A DNA stretch of 18,593 bases from an uncultured delta proteobacterium. GTDB taxonomy: Bacteria; Desulfobacterota; Binatia; UBA9968. This document shows positions 1-9,502 of this stretch, piece by piece; positions within the stretch are counted from its first letter, which is position 1; each line of letters starts with the position of its first letter. The notes under the pieces are model-generated. The model was given only the letters and a program-made list of their open reading frames with translations. It had not been told where the DNA came from and did no database searches. Both the position numbers and the translations under genes were made by a program. The stretch covers positions 1-18,593 of the forward strand of contig CAVWLW010000049.1 of NCBI GenBank assembly GCA_963755715.1. Direction: 5' to 3'.

Positions 1-1005
1 GCCGAAGATCTCTCGGAACTCTTTTTGAAATTGTTCATAGCGTTCGCCGAGCTCGGGTGGCATGGGGAAGAGCTTCAGCTTTCTTGCTTCCATTTTCGTA
101 TCGATGCCGGGTCGCGCCGGCGTGCGCTCGATCGAAAGGAGGAGCTGCTGGCCGTCTTTGGACAGAATGAAGTCGACGAACAGCTTCGCGGCATTGGGAT
201 GTGGCGCCTTGGCGGCGATGCCGATCGGATGGAGCGAAGCGGTGACCGGATCCAGCGTCGTTACCCATTCCACCGGCGCGCCTTGCTCCTTCATTTTTTC
301 GATTCGGTGCGCCAGGACCATCGCCACCGAAAATTCGCCTGCGGCCATCAACTGCGCGATCAGAGTTTGTCCGTTGCGAAGCTGGATATCCTGTTTGGCC
401 AATGCCCGCATGTATCGTTGGGTTTTCTCCTTTCCCCATTTTTGGGTCATGGCTCCATACCAGGAGAAGTTTTCCTCGTCGAGAGCGATCTTGCCCTTCC
501 ATTTCGGATCGAGCAGATCCTCCCAACTCTTCGGCGCCTGATCGCGCGCCACCAGTTGCGTGTTGTAGCCGATCACGTTGTAGGAATCGAAGTAGTCGAC
601 CCAATATCCCTTCGAGTCCTTGAAGCCGGCGGGATAAGCCACGCTCTCGGGAGAAACGTAGGGTTGCAAGAGTCCCGCTTTCACCAACTGGTGCGTTTCC
701 AGACCTCTCACGGCAACCAGGTCGAACAGAACTTTTCCCACGCGGGCTTCGTTCATGATGCGGTTAAAGAGCCTGGCTGAGCCGGCGCGAAAAAAGTCGG
801 TTTTAAGGAAGGGATATTTTTTGTTGAACGCGAGCAGGATCGCTTTGGCGTCCTCGATGCTCGCCGACATGTACCAGACAAGCGCGCCTTCTTTTTTCGC
901 GCCGTCGATCAGCTTCTGTGTGTGGCTGTCCTGAGCTTCCGAACGGAAAGAAAATCCGAGATGAAAAACGCTCAGGAGCAACAGCAACATCGATACGCGT
1001 CGCAT
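1..1005 (-). CDS. ABC transporter extracellular solute-binding protein (Fe3+/thiamine/polyamine-type, AfuA/FbpA-like); 3' end runs off the window
   Basis: Not in the ORF track because there is no stop inside the window. GGAGG RBS (1013-1017, minus) precedes ATG at 1005. My translation: MRRVSMLLLLLSVFHLGFSFRSEAQDSHTQKLIDGAKKEGALVWYMSASIEDAK...YNTQLVARDQAPKSWEDLLDPKWKGKIALD...APHPNAAKLFVDFILSKDGQ...EFREIFG. Signal peptide plus family motifs AKKEG-LVWY, PKSWEDLLDPKWKG and APHPNAAKLF. Confidence 0.9.
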   Translation of the reverse strand, partial: MRRVSMLLLLLSVFHLGFSFRSEAQDSHTQKLIDGAKKEGALVWYMSASIEDAKAILLAFNKKYPFLKTDFFRAGSARLFNRIMNEARVGKVLFDLVAVRGLETHQLVKAGLLQPYVSPESVAYPAGFKDSKGYWVDYFDSYNVIGYNTQLVARDQAPKSWEDLLDPKWKGKIALDEENFSWYGAMTQKWGKEKTQRYMRALAKQDIQLRNGQTLIAQLMAAGEFSVAMVLAHRIEKMKEQGAPVEWVTTLDPVTASLHPIGIAAKAPHPNAAKLFVDFILSKDGQQLLLSIERTPARPGIDTKMEARKLKLFPMPPELGERYEQFQKEFREIFG

Positions 1006-1102
1006 GGGTTTACCTCCAGCGATTCAATCCAGTACAAATGTAGCACAGCGGTAATTGCGCCGTTAGCGAAGACGCGCTACAAGAAAGTGATTGCGAGTTG
1101 CC

Positions 1103-1646
1103 ATGTCTCGGCGCGACGAACTCTCTTTAAGCGAGCTGATCAAGCTTCTCGATGGTGACTGTGCGGCGGTTGAGCCGGCAAAAATGCGCGATATCCTCGA
1201 ACGGCTGGTCATCTCGGCTGAAGAGATGCGAGTTTACGCTCTGTTTTCCGATAACAGATATGCTCGCAACCTGGTTCATAAAACCGCCCAGTTCGAAATC
1301 ATGATTATGTGCTGGCACGCCGGTCAGCGCTCTTCGATCCATGATCATGCCGGTTCGTTGGGGGGATTAAAGATTCTACACGGCGCGCTCACCGAATCGT
1401 TGTTTGAAAAAGCGCCCAATGGCATGATCAAGTCATTGACTTCCAGCGACTACGCCGTCGGCGCAAGCTCGAGTCGAAGAGACATCTTTAATTCATCAAA
1501 TCTCGAACCTTCAGAGCGAAAACGGCAGGGCGATCTCGGTGCACGTTTATGTTCCTCCTTTGATTCGGATGAATGTTTACTCGCTCGAAGATCCGTCCGT
1601 CAGGAACGTGTTGCCCCAATACTTCAGTTTTGGATCCGGGATATAA
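1103..1646 (+). CDS. Cysteine dioxygenase family protein (cupin thiol dioxygenase, Arg-type); one +1 frameshift near 1465
   Basis: YARNLV (CDO YTRNLV motif), then [13 protein letters not shown] (HxH iron ligands). After a shift near 1463-1467 the frame continues [14 protein letters not shown]...[10 protein letters not shown]...FGSGI* (third His ligand and S-H-Y triad), ending at TAA 1644-1646. Confidence 0.85.
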
Positions 1647-1713
1647 GCGGTTTTGGAGTCAATACCAACCGGCCCCGCGGCGCCGGCTATTCTTCGAAGT
1701 AAAGGGTAAATAT

Positions 1714-2635
1714 ATGAGTTGGCAATCCGCTGAAGAACCTGAAGCGAAAGCGCCGCCGGCGTGCAAGGCGCTAAAGAGCGTCATCGTGCCGCGTCCCCGC
1801 GATATCGGCGGGTTCGAAGTGCGCCGCGTGCTGCCGTCGCTGGAACTGCGTAGCGTCGGACCTTTCGTCTTTTTCGATCAGATGGGATCTGCCGAGCTGG
1901 CGCCGGGCCAGGGCATCGACGTGCGGCCCCATCCGCACATCGGCCTGGCCACGGTCACCTATTTGTTTGCCGGCACGATCGTTCATCGCGATAGTCTCGG
2001 CAGCGTGCAAGCGATCGAGCCGGGCGCGGTTAACTGGATGACCGCGGGACGGGGCATCGTCCATTCCGAGCGATCCGATACTGGAGCTTAGAAAGCGGCG
2101 ACAGAAACTCTACGGCATTCAAATCTGGATCGCCCTTCCCAAAGCACGCGAGGAAACGGAGCCTAGCTTCACACACTACGCCGCCGCATCGCTGCCGGTG
2201 ATCGAAGGCGAGGGAAAAACAGTGCGCATCATCGCGGGGTCGCTTTACGGCCAGGCGTCGCCGGTGACAACTTTCTCGCCACTGTTTTACGCCGATGCGA
2301 CATTGCAAGCGGGAGCCTCCCTCGCCCTCGAAAACGAGCACGAAGAACGAGCGATTTATCTCCTCGAAGGAAACGCGGTGATCCAAGAACAAGTCTTCGA
2401 GCCAGGGCGGCTTCTGGTTTTTTCCGCCGGCGATGAAATCACGATCCAGGCAACCTCGAGCGCTCGCTTGCTGCTTTTCGGCGGCGAACCGCTGGACGGC
2501 CTACGTCACCTTTGGTGGAATTTTGTTTCGAGCTCGCGCGAGCGGATCGAGCAGGCGAAGAGCGATTGGAAAGCAGGGCGCTTCGCGCCGGTTCCTGGCG
2601 ATGCTGAGTTTATTCCGCTGCCCGAAGGATCGTAA
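1714..2635 (+). CDS. Pirin family protein (bicupin); one +1 frameshift near 2080
   Basis: VRRVLP...[11 protein letters not shown]...[16 protein letters not shown]...HRDSLG...[14 protein letters not shown]. After an extra base near 2080 it continues [11 protein letters not shown]...[18 protein letters not shown]...IEQAKSDW...EFIPLP. Joins track ORFs 1573..2091 and 2198..2635. Confidence 0.93.
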
Positions 2636-2876
2636 CGCTCCACTGATTCGATTACGCATTCCTCCACTCGGGAACGCCGGTCACTATCGGCATCCGCGTT
2701 TACAAACTTCACAAACTCGACACTAAAGTAAAGCCGAAGTCATCGGGCTGTGAAAATCCTGACGTTAATATTGTCGCGACTACTTGTTTAGTCTAGTCTG
2801 GAGCGAAGTCAACGCGATGCATGCGAGGAGACCACCCCTTACGCAAAACTAGGGGGCGCCAGCCGAGGAGATTGAA

Positions 2877-3536
2877 ATGAAAGTTAGAGCTTGTTTTTGT
2901 CTTGCGATGGTATGGGCTGTGTGTTTCGCTGCTTCCGTGGCGCACGCCACTTTGCAAGATGACGTTGACCAGGCGGTATCGATCATCGAACGCTTCGAGG
3001 AGATACCCGAGAGCGCTATTCCGCCGAGAGTCCTGCGCGATGCCAAAGGTTTGGCGATTCTCACCGTCACCAAGGCTGGTTTTATCGTAAGCGGCCGCGG
3101 CGGTGTCGGCGTCGTCGTGGCGCGCACCGATACGGGCTGGAGCGGTCCTTCGGCAATCGGCACTGGCGGCCTCGGAGTGGGTTTCCAAGCCGGCGTGCAG
3201 GTCTCCGAGTACGTGATTATTCTCAATACTCAAGAGGCGGTGAATGCGTTCGCCAAAGGCAGCAACGTCACGCTCGGCGGCAACTTGAGCGCCGCGATTG
3301 GACCTATCGGACGCTCCGCCGAGGCCGGCGTCGCGCCGCAGGCGGCGATCTATACCTACAGCCGCAGTCAAGGAATATTTGCTGGCATATCGCTGGAGGG
3401 CACGGTCATCGCGTCCCGGTATGAAGCGAACGAAGAATTTTACGGCAAGCCGGTTTTTCCGGCTGATATCCTCGCGGGCGGTGTAAAGCCGCCGCCCGGC
3501 GCGCAGAAGCTACTAGACGTTTTGGCGAAATACTAA
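2877..3536 (+). CDS. Secreted YSC84/SYLF (lipid-binding) domain protein
   Basis: GAGGAG RBS and signal peptide. IPPRVLRDAKGLAIL...KAGFIVSGRGGVGVVVAR...WSGPS...GLGVGFQAGVQ...IYTYSRSQGIFAGISLEG is the Ysc84/SYLF signature. Confidence 0.9.
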   Translation: MKVRACFCLAMVWAVCFAASVAHATLQDDVDQAVSIIERFEEIPESAIPPRVLRDAKGLAILTVTKAGFIVSGRGGVGVVVARTDTGWSGPSAIGTGGLGVGFQAGVQVSEYVIILNTQEAVNAFAKGSNVTLGGNLSAAIGPIGRSAEAGVAPQAAIYTYSRSQGIFAGISLEGTVIASRYEANEEFYGKPVFPADILAGGVKPPPGAQKLLDVLAKY

Positions 3537-3644
3537 GCGCCATCTTGATACGCCCATAAAAGCAAAGAGAGATCCTGTGTGAAAATCGGTGTGGTCGCCG
3601 CGGGTGCGATCACCTGGTTGATCGCCTGAACCGCTTTAAAACCT

Positions 3645-5213
3645 GTGGCGAATATCTTTACACCGCCGTGCGACGAGGGCGTGATTCGAGCGCGTCCCAC
3701 GGTGGCGCCATGCGCGCGCGTGTCCCAGCCGTGGATATTGGCCGCGACTATTTTGGGCTCGAGCATGGCGTTCATCGATGGGACAGTGGTCAACGTCGCG
3801 CTGCCCGCGTTGCAGAAAAATCTCAACGCGACGCTTTTTGATCTACAGTGGGTGGTTGAATCTTACGCGCTCTTTCTCGCCGCTTTGCTTTTGGCCGGAG
3901 GATCGCTGGGCGATCGGTTCGGCCGGCGGCGCATCTTCTGCGCCGGCGTTGCTGTCTTCGCGCTTGCATCGATCGGTTGCGGTCTGGCGCAAAGCGTCAG
4001 CGACCTGATCGTCGCGCGCGCAGCGCAGGGCATCGGCGGAGCGTTACTCGTGCCGGGCAGCCTCGCCATCATCAGCGCTTCCTTCGATGAAGCGAAGCGC
4101 GGGAAGGCAATCGGCACATGGTCGGCCTTCACCGCGATCACAGCTAGCATCGGTCCGATCTTGGGCGGCTGGCTGATCGAGCAGGTCTCGTGGCGCGCCG
4201 TGTTTTTTATCAACGTGCCGCTCGCGCTGATCGTGCTGATGATTTCTCTATGGCATGTGCCCGAGAGCAGGGATGACGACGCGAATACAAAGTTGGATTG
4301 GTTGGGTAGCGCGCTCGCGACGCTGGGCTTGGGCTTGCTTGTTTACGGCCTCGTCGAATCCTCGCGCTTGGGCTTCGGCGCTCCAATGGTTTTCGCTACG
4401 GTTTTCGCCGGCGCGCTGTTATTGGCGGTTTTGCTTTTCGTCGAAGCGCGTTTGCCGAATGCCATGTTGCCGCTCGCGCTGTTTCGCTCGCGCAATTTTA
4501 GCGGCGCCAATCTGCTGACGCTTTTTCTTTATACGGGTTTGAGTGGAGGGATGTTCTTCTTTCCGCTCAACCTGATTCAGATTCAAGGATACACGGCGAC
4601 GGGCGCGGGCGCCGCCTGGCTGCCTTTTATTCTCATTGTGTTTCTGCTGTCGCGCTGGTCGGGTGGATTGGTGAAAAGCTACGGTGCTCGAACGCCTCTG
4701 ATCGTCGGTCCCGGGATCGCCGCTGCCGGGTACGGCCTATTTATGATTCCTGAGGTGGGCGGCAGTTACTGGACGACGTTCTTTCCCGCGATGGTGGTGC
4801 TCGGACTAGGAATGGCGGTGAGCGTCGCGCCCCTGACGACGACCGTGATGAACGCCGTAACAGAGAACCGCGCGGGCGTTGCCTCGGGCGTCAACAATGC
4901 CGTGTCACGCATCGCCGGTCTTATCGGCATCGCGGTTCTAGGGATTATCATCGTCCACTCGTTTAACCGCGAGTTGGATCGACGCTTGGCGCGGATGGAT
5001 TTAGCCGCGGAAGTGCGGCGCGCCGTCGACGCCCAACGCGTCCGCCTCGCCGGTACCGAACTTCCTTCCAGCCTCGATGAGGAAACACGAGCCGTATTGA
5101 GGCGCGCGATCGAGGAGTCTTTCGTCTTCGGCTTTCGCCAGGTCATGCTGACTGCGGTCGGCCTCTCGCTGGCAAGCGCGTTCGTGGCATTTACGCTGAT
5201 CGAAAATAAATGA
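3645..5213 (+). CDS. MFS transporter, DHA2 (EmrB/QacA-like) family
   Basis: 522 aa with many hydrophobic helices. MAFIDGTVVNVALP, LQWVVESY, motif A GGSLGDRFGRRR, ARAAQGIGGALLVPGSLAII, GPILGGWLIEQVSWRAVFFINVP. Confidence 0.93.
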   Translation: MANIFTPPCDEGVIRARPTVAPCARVSQPWILAATILGSSMAFIDGTVVNVALPALQKNLNATLFDLQWVVESYALFLAALLLAGGSLGDRFGRRRIFCAGVAVFALASIGCGLAQSVSDLIVARAAQGIGGALLVPGSLAIISASFDEAKRGKAIGTWSAFTAITASIGPILGGWLIEQVSWRAVFFINVPLALIVLMISLWHVPESRDDDANTKLDWLGSALATLGLGLLVYGLVESSRLGFGAPMVFATVFAGALLLAVLLFVEARLPNAMLPLALFRSRNFSGANLLTLFLYTGLSGGMFFFPLNLIQIQGYTATGAGAAWLPFILIVFLLSRWSGGLVKSYGARTPLIVGPGIAAAGYGLFMIPEVGGSYWTTFFPAMVVLGLGMAVSVAPLTTTVMNAVTENRAGVASGVNNAVSRIAGLIGIAVLGIIIVHSFNRELDRRLARMDLAAEVRRAVDAQRVRLAGTELPSSLDEETRAVLRRAIEESFVFGFRQVMLTAVGLSLASAFVAFTLIENK

Positions 5214-5289
5214 TGAGCATCTAGCGAATCATGTTCCTCCGCTGGTTAACGCAGACGAGCGCGACGTGAGAGCGATCGACGATTAAATT

Positions 5290-6258
5290 CTAGAGCCCCT
5301 TGGCAGCCTCGCGCACCACGGATGCGTCGATCAGCGCGCCCGGAGCGAGGTTCTTCGCTTCAGGAGTGCTTCTTGCGAGGTCTTCGAGGATCGTTTTTAT
5401 GCCATCCTCCAAAGGGGTCGGTATGTCGGGAAGGATTTTTATTTGATGCTCGAGCGCCGTTTTTACTGCTTCTTGATCGGAGGTGCGGACGTATTTGGCG
5501 AGCACCTTTTCGGCAAACGGCCGGTCAGTTTTGAGCCGTTTGATCGCCAGTATCGACGCTCGCATAAACTTGACGACCACGGAGCGATTCTTTTCCAAGA
5601 AGCTCCGTGTCGTGCCGTGTCCGGTGAGCAGGTAGGGAACTTTGAGCTCTTCCAAATCGAGCAGGATGCGCATGCCGGCTTTCTTCACCACCGGTGTGAT
5701 GATCGGTGAGAAAACCGACAGTGAAATATCGCCCCGCTGCATCGCAAGCAACCGGTCGCCCTCGAGCCCGATTTGAATCATTGTGACGTCGGTTTTCTTC
5801 AACCCCAAGTGCTTTAGCGCGTATTCGGCAACGAAATCAGAGGTCGAGCCGAAACGGCTGACCGCCAACTTTTTTCCCTTGATGTCTTCCGGTTTTTGAA
5901 TTTCAGGCTTGGCGCCCAGCGTGTACGCCATGACGTTTTGCAGCCGGCTGATGATAACGACGTCTTTGTTGCCTTGAAGGTAGGCGTAAGCCGCGGAGGT
6001 GCCGCCGATCAGGCCGATGGGGCTTTGGCCCGTAACCAGGAGTTGGACCGCCAGCGAGCCGCCGCGAATCAAAAGCATGTGCACGTCCAAGCCTTGCTCG
6101 TCGAAGTATCCGGCGTCTTTCGCGACCCAGAGGCTCAGCATGTTCGCATTGGTAGCGGAGTAGGTTACCGGCAGTGAGGTTTTTTCTTGCGCCGAAGATT
6201 GTGCGCCGCCGCCAAGAAAAAAAGCGACGATGAACACAAGTCTGAACCGTTTGCTCAT
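5290..6258 (-). CDS. ABC transporter substrate-binding protein, NitT/TauT (SsuA/THI5-like) family
   Basis: AGGAG RBS and signal peptide. LWVAKDAGYFDEQGLDV, IQKPEDIKGKKLAVSRFGSTSD, GLKKTDVTMIQIG. Confidence 0.9.
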   Translation of the reverse strand: MSKRFRLVFIVAFFLGGGAQSSAQEKTSLPVTYSATNANMLSLWVAKDAGYFDEQGLDVHMLLIRGGSLAVQLLVTGQSPIGLIGGTSAAYAYLQGNKDVVIISRLQNVMAYTLGAKPEIQKPEDIKGKKLAVSRFGSTSDFVAEYALKHLGLKKTDVTMIQIGLEGDRLLAMQRGDISLSVFSPIITPVVKKAGMRILLDLEELKVPYLLTGHGTTRSFLEKNRSVVVKFMRASILAIKRLKTDRPFAEKVLAKYVRTSDQEAVKTALEHQIKILPDIPTPLEDGIKTILEDLARSTPEAKNLAPGALIDASVVREAAKGL

Positions 6259-6296
6259 GTAACGCGCTCCTTGCCCGTTGACTACAAGTTTAACGA

Positions 6297-6326
6297 AACC
6301 CTATTTCAGTTTAGCTTAATCTGTCA
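6297..6326 (-). promoter_or_regulatory. Possible sigma-70 promoter for the NitT/TauT SBP
   Basis: Minus strand TTGACA-N18-TAGGGT, about 40-70 bp upstream of the start codon. A divergent TTGACA at 6369-6374 (+) followed by TGtTATAGG may serve the amidohydrolase. Confidence 0.4.
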
Positions 6327-6458
6327 ATGCGCCGGCGCGAACGATAGCCAGCGGATTCGATCGGGCGCTTGACACAATTCGTCGACGGCGTGTTATAGGT
6401 CGGTCTAGTCATTGTAAATTCGTCAACGCGAGCGAGAGCAAGGAGGAGGAACTATTCC

Positions 6459-7289
6459 ATGATTACAGACAAAGCCGGACGCGATCACTTCGTTATCGAT
6501 CAACACGTGCATGTCGGCATGCGACCGGCGCGCTCAACGACGGCGTCGAGCTCCTACTTACCGGATGAGTTGCTCGCCAACATGGATGCCTGCGGCGTCG
6601 ATATGGTGGTGGGCTTTCCCAAAGCCAATCCGCACACCGATTATCGCGTTGAAAACGAACGGATTATCGCCGCCATGAAGCAGCACCCGACGCGCATTGT
6701 CGCCTTTGCGCGGATCAACCCTTACTTCGGCGCCAAGGCGGTGGCCGATGTTCACGACTATGCGGCGAAAGGCGCGCTCGGCCTAAAAATCCATCCACTG
6801 CGGGATTTCTCCGGCAACCGCGTAAACGATCCCGAGTTGATGTTCCCGATCGTAGAAGCGGCGCAAGCGGAAAAACTTTTGCTCCTGGTGCACAGCGGCA
6901 ACTCGTGGAACTGCGCGCCGACGTTGATCGCCGATCTCGCGAGCAATTTCCCCAAGGCCAATTTCGTGATCGCCCACTCGGCGGGCTTCGAAGGTCATCA
7001 GGAGGCGATCGTCGCGGCGCGCCACCAAGATAATTTGTATTTCGACACGGCGTCGAACGGCTATCCCGATATTACAACCAACGTCGTGCGCGCGCTCGGT
7101 CCCGAACGGGTCGTTTACGGTTCGGATCACCCAACCCTGCCGTTCGGTTTCGAAATCGGCAAGATCGTCAAATACGCCGGCCTCAATTCCGATCAGCTCG
7201 ATTTGATCCTCGGCAAAAATCTCACGCGGCTACTCCGCATCGAGCCGAAACCGTCCGCGCCGAAAACCATGGACGTCACGCAAATCTGA
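6459..7289 (+). CDS. Amidohydrolase family protein (Amidohydro_2 TIM-barrel metallohydrolase/decarboxylase)
   Basis: Strong AGGAGG RBS. IDQHVH (HxH), FARINP, GLKIHP, VHSG, VIAHS, LYFDTAS and ERVVYGSDHP metal-site motifs. Confidence 0.9.
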   Translation: MITDKAGRDHFVIDQHVHVGMRPARSTTASSSYLPDELLANMDACGVDMVVGFPKANPHTDYRVENERIIAAMKQHPTRIVAFARINPYFGAKAVADVHDYAAKGALGLKIHPLRDFSGNRVNDPELMFPIVEAAQAEKLLLLVHSGNSWNCAPTLIADLASNFPKANFVIAHSAGFEGHQEAIVAARHQDNLYFDTASNGYPDITTNVVRALGPERVVYGSDHPTLPFGFEIGKIVKYAGLNSDQLDLILGKNLTRLLRIEPKPSAPKTMDVTQI

Positions 7290-7440
7290 ACACAAAATTT
7301 TGCGGAGCAGGCAATCATTCAAGATCCGACGGTCGACGCGATGCGCAAGCGAAAGAGGAATCGGATAAAACGCCTGCGTCACAGTGTGAAGCACGCTCTT
7401 TTCGAACGGCGGAACGATTCCCTGGTACGGTATTTTTGCC

Positions 7441-8085
7441 TTGAAGGTCAACTCGCTACTGATACTCGCTTGCGTCGCGGCCAGCCTCTGGGCGTGGCAA
7501 CAGGACCCGCTATTCGCCCAAAGGAATCTTATCTTCAGCTTCGACAATCTCGAAAAAGGCAAAGTCTGGACCCTGGTCGTAGCTCTGTTCGTCCATGCCA
7601 GCGTCTTACACCTGTTCGGGAACATGCTCTTTCTATTCGTATTCGGAAGCACATTGGAAAAAACCGTCGGCCCGCGCAAGCTCATGCTGATTTTCTTCAC
7701 GGGCGGCTTCACAAGCTTCATCCTCGGTGTATTTTTCTTGCCGCGCGGAACAGGAATGTTAGGCGCCTCGGCCGCAATCTTCGCATTGGCAGGGTGCGTG
7801 ATGCTCGTGCGGCCGCTCAAGTTCTCCTGGCTATTTCTTGCGCCGCAAGGATTGATCGCGATCCTCTACTTCATCTACAATGTCGTCGTTGTCTACGAGA
7901 AGAGCCGGATACCCGGCTATGACCCGCACGTCGCTTACGTCGCGCACATCATCGGTTTTCTCACCGGACTCCCTTTCGGAATCGCGCTGAGCGATCATTG
8001 GAAAAGAAATCTTCTGATCACGCTGCTGCTTTTGGGAGCGTATCTTGTCATTGTAAGCGGCGCCGTGAGATTTCGTTTTTCCTAG
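7441..8085 (+). CDS. Rhomboid family intramembrane serine protease
   Basis: WTLVVALFVHASVLHLFGNMLFLFVFGSTLE (HxxxxHxxxN), GASAAIF (catalytic Ser in a GxS motif), VAYVAHIIG (catalytic His). TTG start is uncertain. Confidence 0.88.
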   Translation: MKVNSLLILACVAASLWAWQQDPLFAQRNLIFSFDNLEKGKVWTLVVALFVHASVLHLFGNMLFLFVFGSTLEKTVGPRKLMLIFFTGGFTSFILGVFFLPRGTGMLGASAAIFALAGCVMLVRPLKFSWLFLAPQGLIAILYFIYNVVVVYEKSRIPGYDPHVAYVAHIIGFLTGLPFGIALSDHWKRNLLITLLLLGAYLVIVSGAVRFRFS

Positions 8086-8303
8086 CCGAGCTCGCGGCAA
8101 TAATGGAGCATGCGCCGAAGAGTTGGTGCAAGCGCTCGTGCATCTTGGCTGCTTGTTCCGCCGCTTGAAGAGTGTTACAAGCGCTCGGTTAGCTCACCAA
8201 GAAGTTTTTCAACCCAGCGGCGACGGCTTGAGACCGTGCAAGGTTTTGAGCCCTTTAAACCGTTCGAGTTGTTTCCCACGAACGGCAGGTAAAGGAACGT
8301 GGC

Positions 8304-9368
8304 ATGGCAAAGAAAAAACTATGGTTGTCTCTCCTCTCAGCGATTGTCGCCCTAGGGTTGACGCATCAACCGGCGATCGCTCAGGCGCGGCCCGAAACCG
8401 ATCCACGCTTCGAAAAACTGGCGAAAGAGTTCTACCCCAAAGCCAAACAGGAAGGCGCGCTGGTCGTCTACACGGTTTGGGATGTCGATCATATTCGTGT
8501 GCTATCGGAGGCTTTTAGCAAACGCTTTCCCGGTATCAATACTTCCTACTGGCAGGCGACGAGATCGGAAGTCACGACCCGGACCTTGACCGAATACCAG
8601 GGCAATCAGGCGAGCGTCGATGTGATTCTTACCGAAGCGCCGCTGGTTCTGCACAACGCCGGCGCCACGGAAGCTTATCGACCGTGCAGGCCAGCTCATT
8701 GTTCGTGCATGACGCCATTGCTCCGGTTGTCAGCCTGCAGATCCAAGCGCTGGCCTACAATACTAAGAAGCTGAAGCGCGAAGAGGCTCCGAAAAGCTGG
8801 GAGGACGTAACGAATCCAAAATACAAAGGGATCGTGGCCTTGGACGATCCCATGAGGGCAGGGCCGCTCAGCTCCATGCTGGCCGCTTTCAAGGATGAAT
8901 GGAAAGATGACGCGCGCTGGGCGAATTTCATCAAAGGGTTGAAGTCTTTAAATGTTACGATTCACAAAAGCACCAGCGCCATGTTTCGGCTTGTCGTCGC
9001 CGGCGAATACTCGATCGTCATGCCGGCGCTCTTCCACGACGTCGTGCGCGAAAAAGAGCTCGGCAGTCCGATCGATTTTGCCCGGGGTGCCGGGCCGGTG
9101 GTCTCGCCGCAACAGGCGGCGATCTATGCTAAAGCGCCTCATCCGACGGCCGCCAAGCTGTTTGCCGAATGGCTGATCTCGCCCGGCGGGCAGACGGCAA
9201 TCAACGCCGTCGGCAGGCCGAGTGCACGCAAAGGATTTAAGTCGAAAACTTCGATCGAAAATGGCTGGGGCGCAAACACCAAACCGATCGTGGTTGCAAA
9301 CTAAGCTTTATATCGAGGACGCGCGCAAATGGCTGGACACAGCCGTCAAACCGTTGTGGGAAAACTAG
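8304..9368 (+). CDS. ABC transporter extracellular solute-binding protein (Fe3+/thiamine-type); frameshifts near 8680 and 9302
   Basis: Signal peptide and AKQEGALVVY. Continues in the 8684 frame with LAYNTK...APKSWEDVTNPKYKG...APHPTAAKLFAEWLISPGGQ. After one extra base near 9302 it ends KLYIEDARKWLDTAVKPLWEN* (TAG 9366-9368). Confidence 0.85.
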
Positions 9369-9502
9369 CTCTAGCACCGATGTTTATCGCTTCGCCGATA
9401 TGAGCGCTCTGCAAGGCGTATTACGTGATCACGCTCGAGGCGTCGAACACCTCATGCGCCCCAGCCAGGAAAAGATGTTTACCTCCATTTCAGGAGGTCG
9501 TC

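Noticed and set aside
25-780. Track ORFs 25..780 (+), 35..604 (-), 62..541 (+)
   Set aside because: Antisense or off-frame shadows of the real minus-strand SBP gene 1-1005.
2793-3371. 192-aa and 125-aa minus-strand ORFs
   Set aside because: Antisense to the well-supported YSC84 gene, with no motifs.
7421-7440. ctGGtacggtattttttGC-like element before the rhomboid as a sigma-54 promoter
   Set aside because: The GG-to-GC spacing is 12, not the strict 10, and it abuts the start codon.
7230-7922. Arg-rich 193-aa (+) and 196-aa (-) ORFs
   Set aside because: Alternative frames of the rhomboid gene, with composition typical of GC-rich shadow ORFs.
9299-9307. In-frame stops (TAA 9302, TAG 2089, TGA 10880) as possible recoding (Sec/Pyl/readthrough)
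   Set aside because: In each case homology continues in a different frame, so these are indels and not readthrough.
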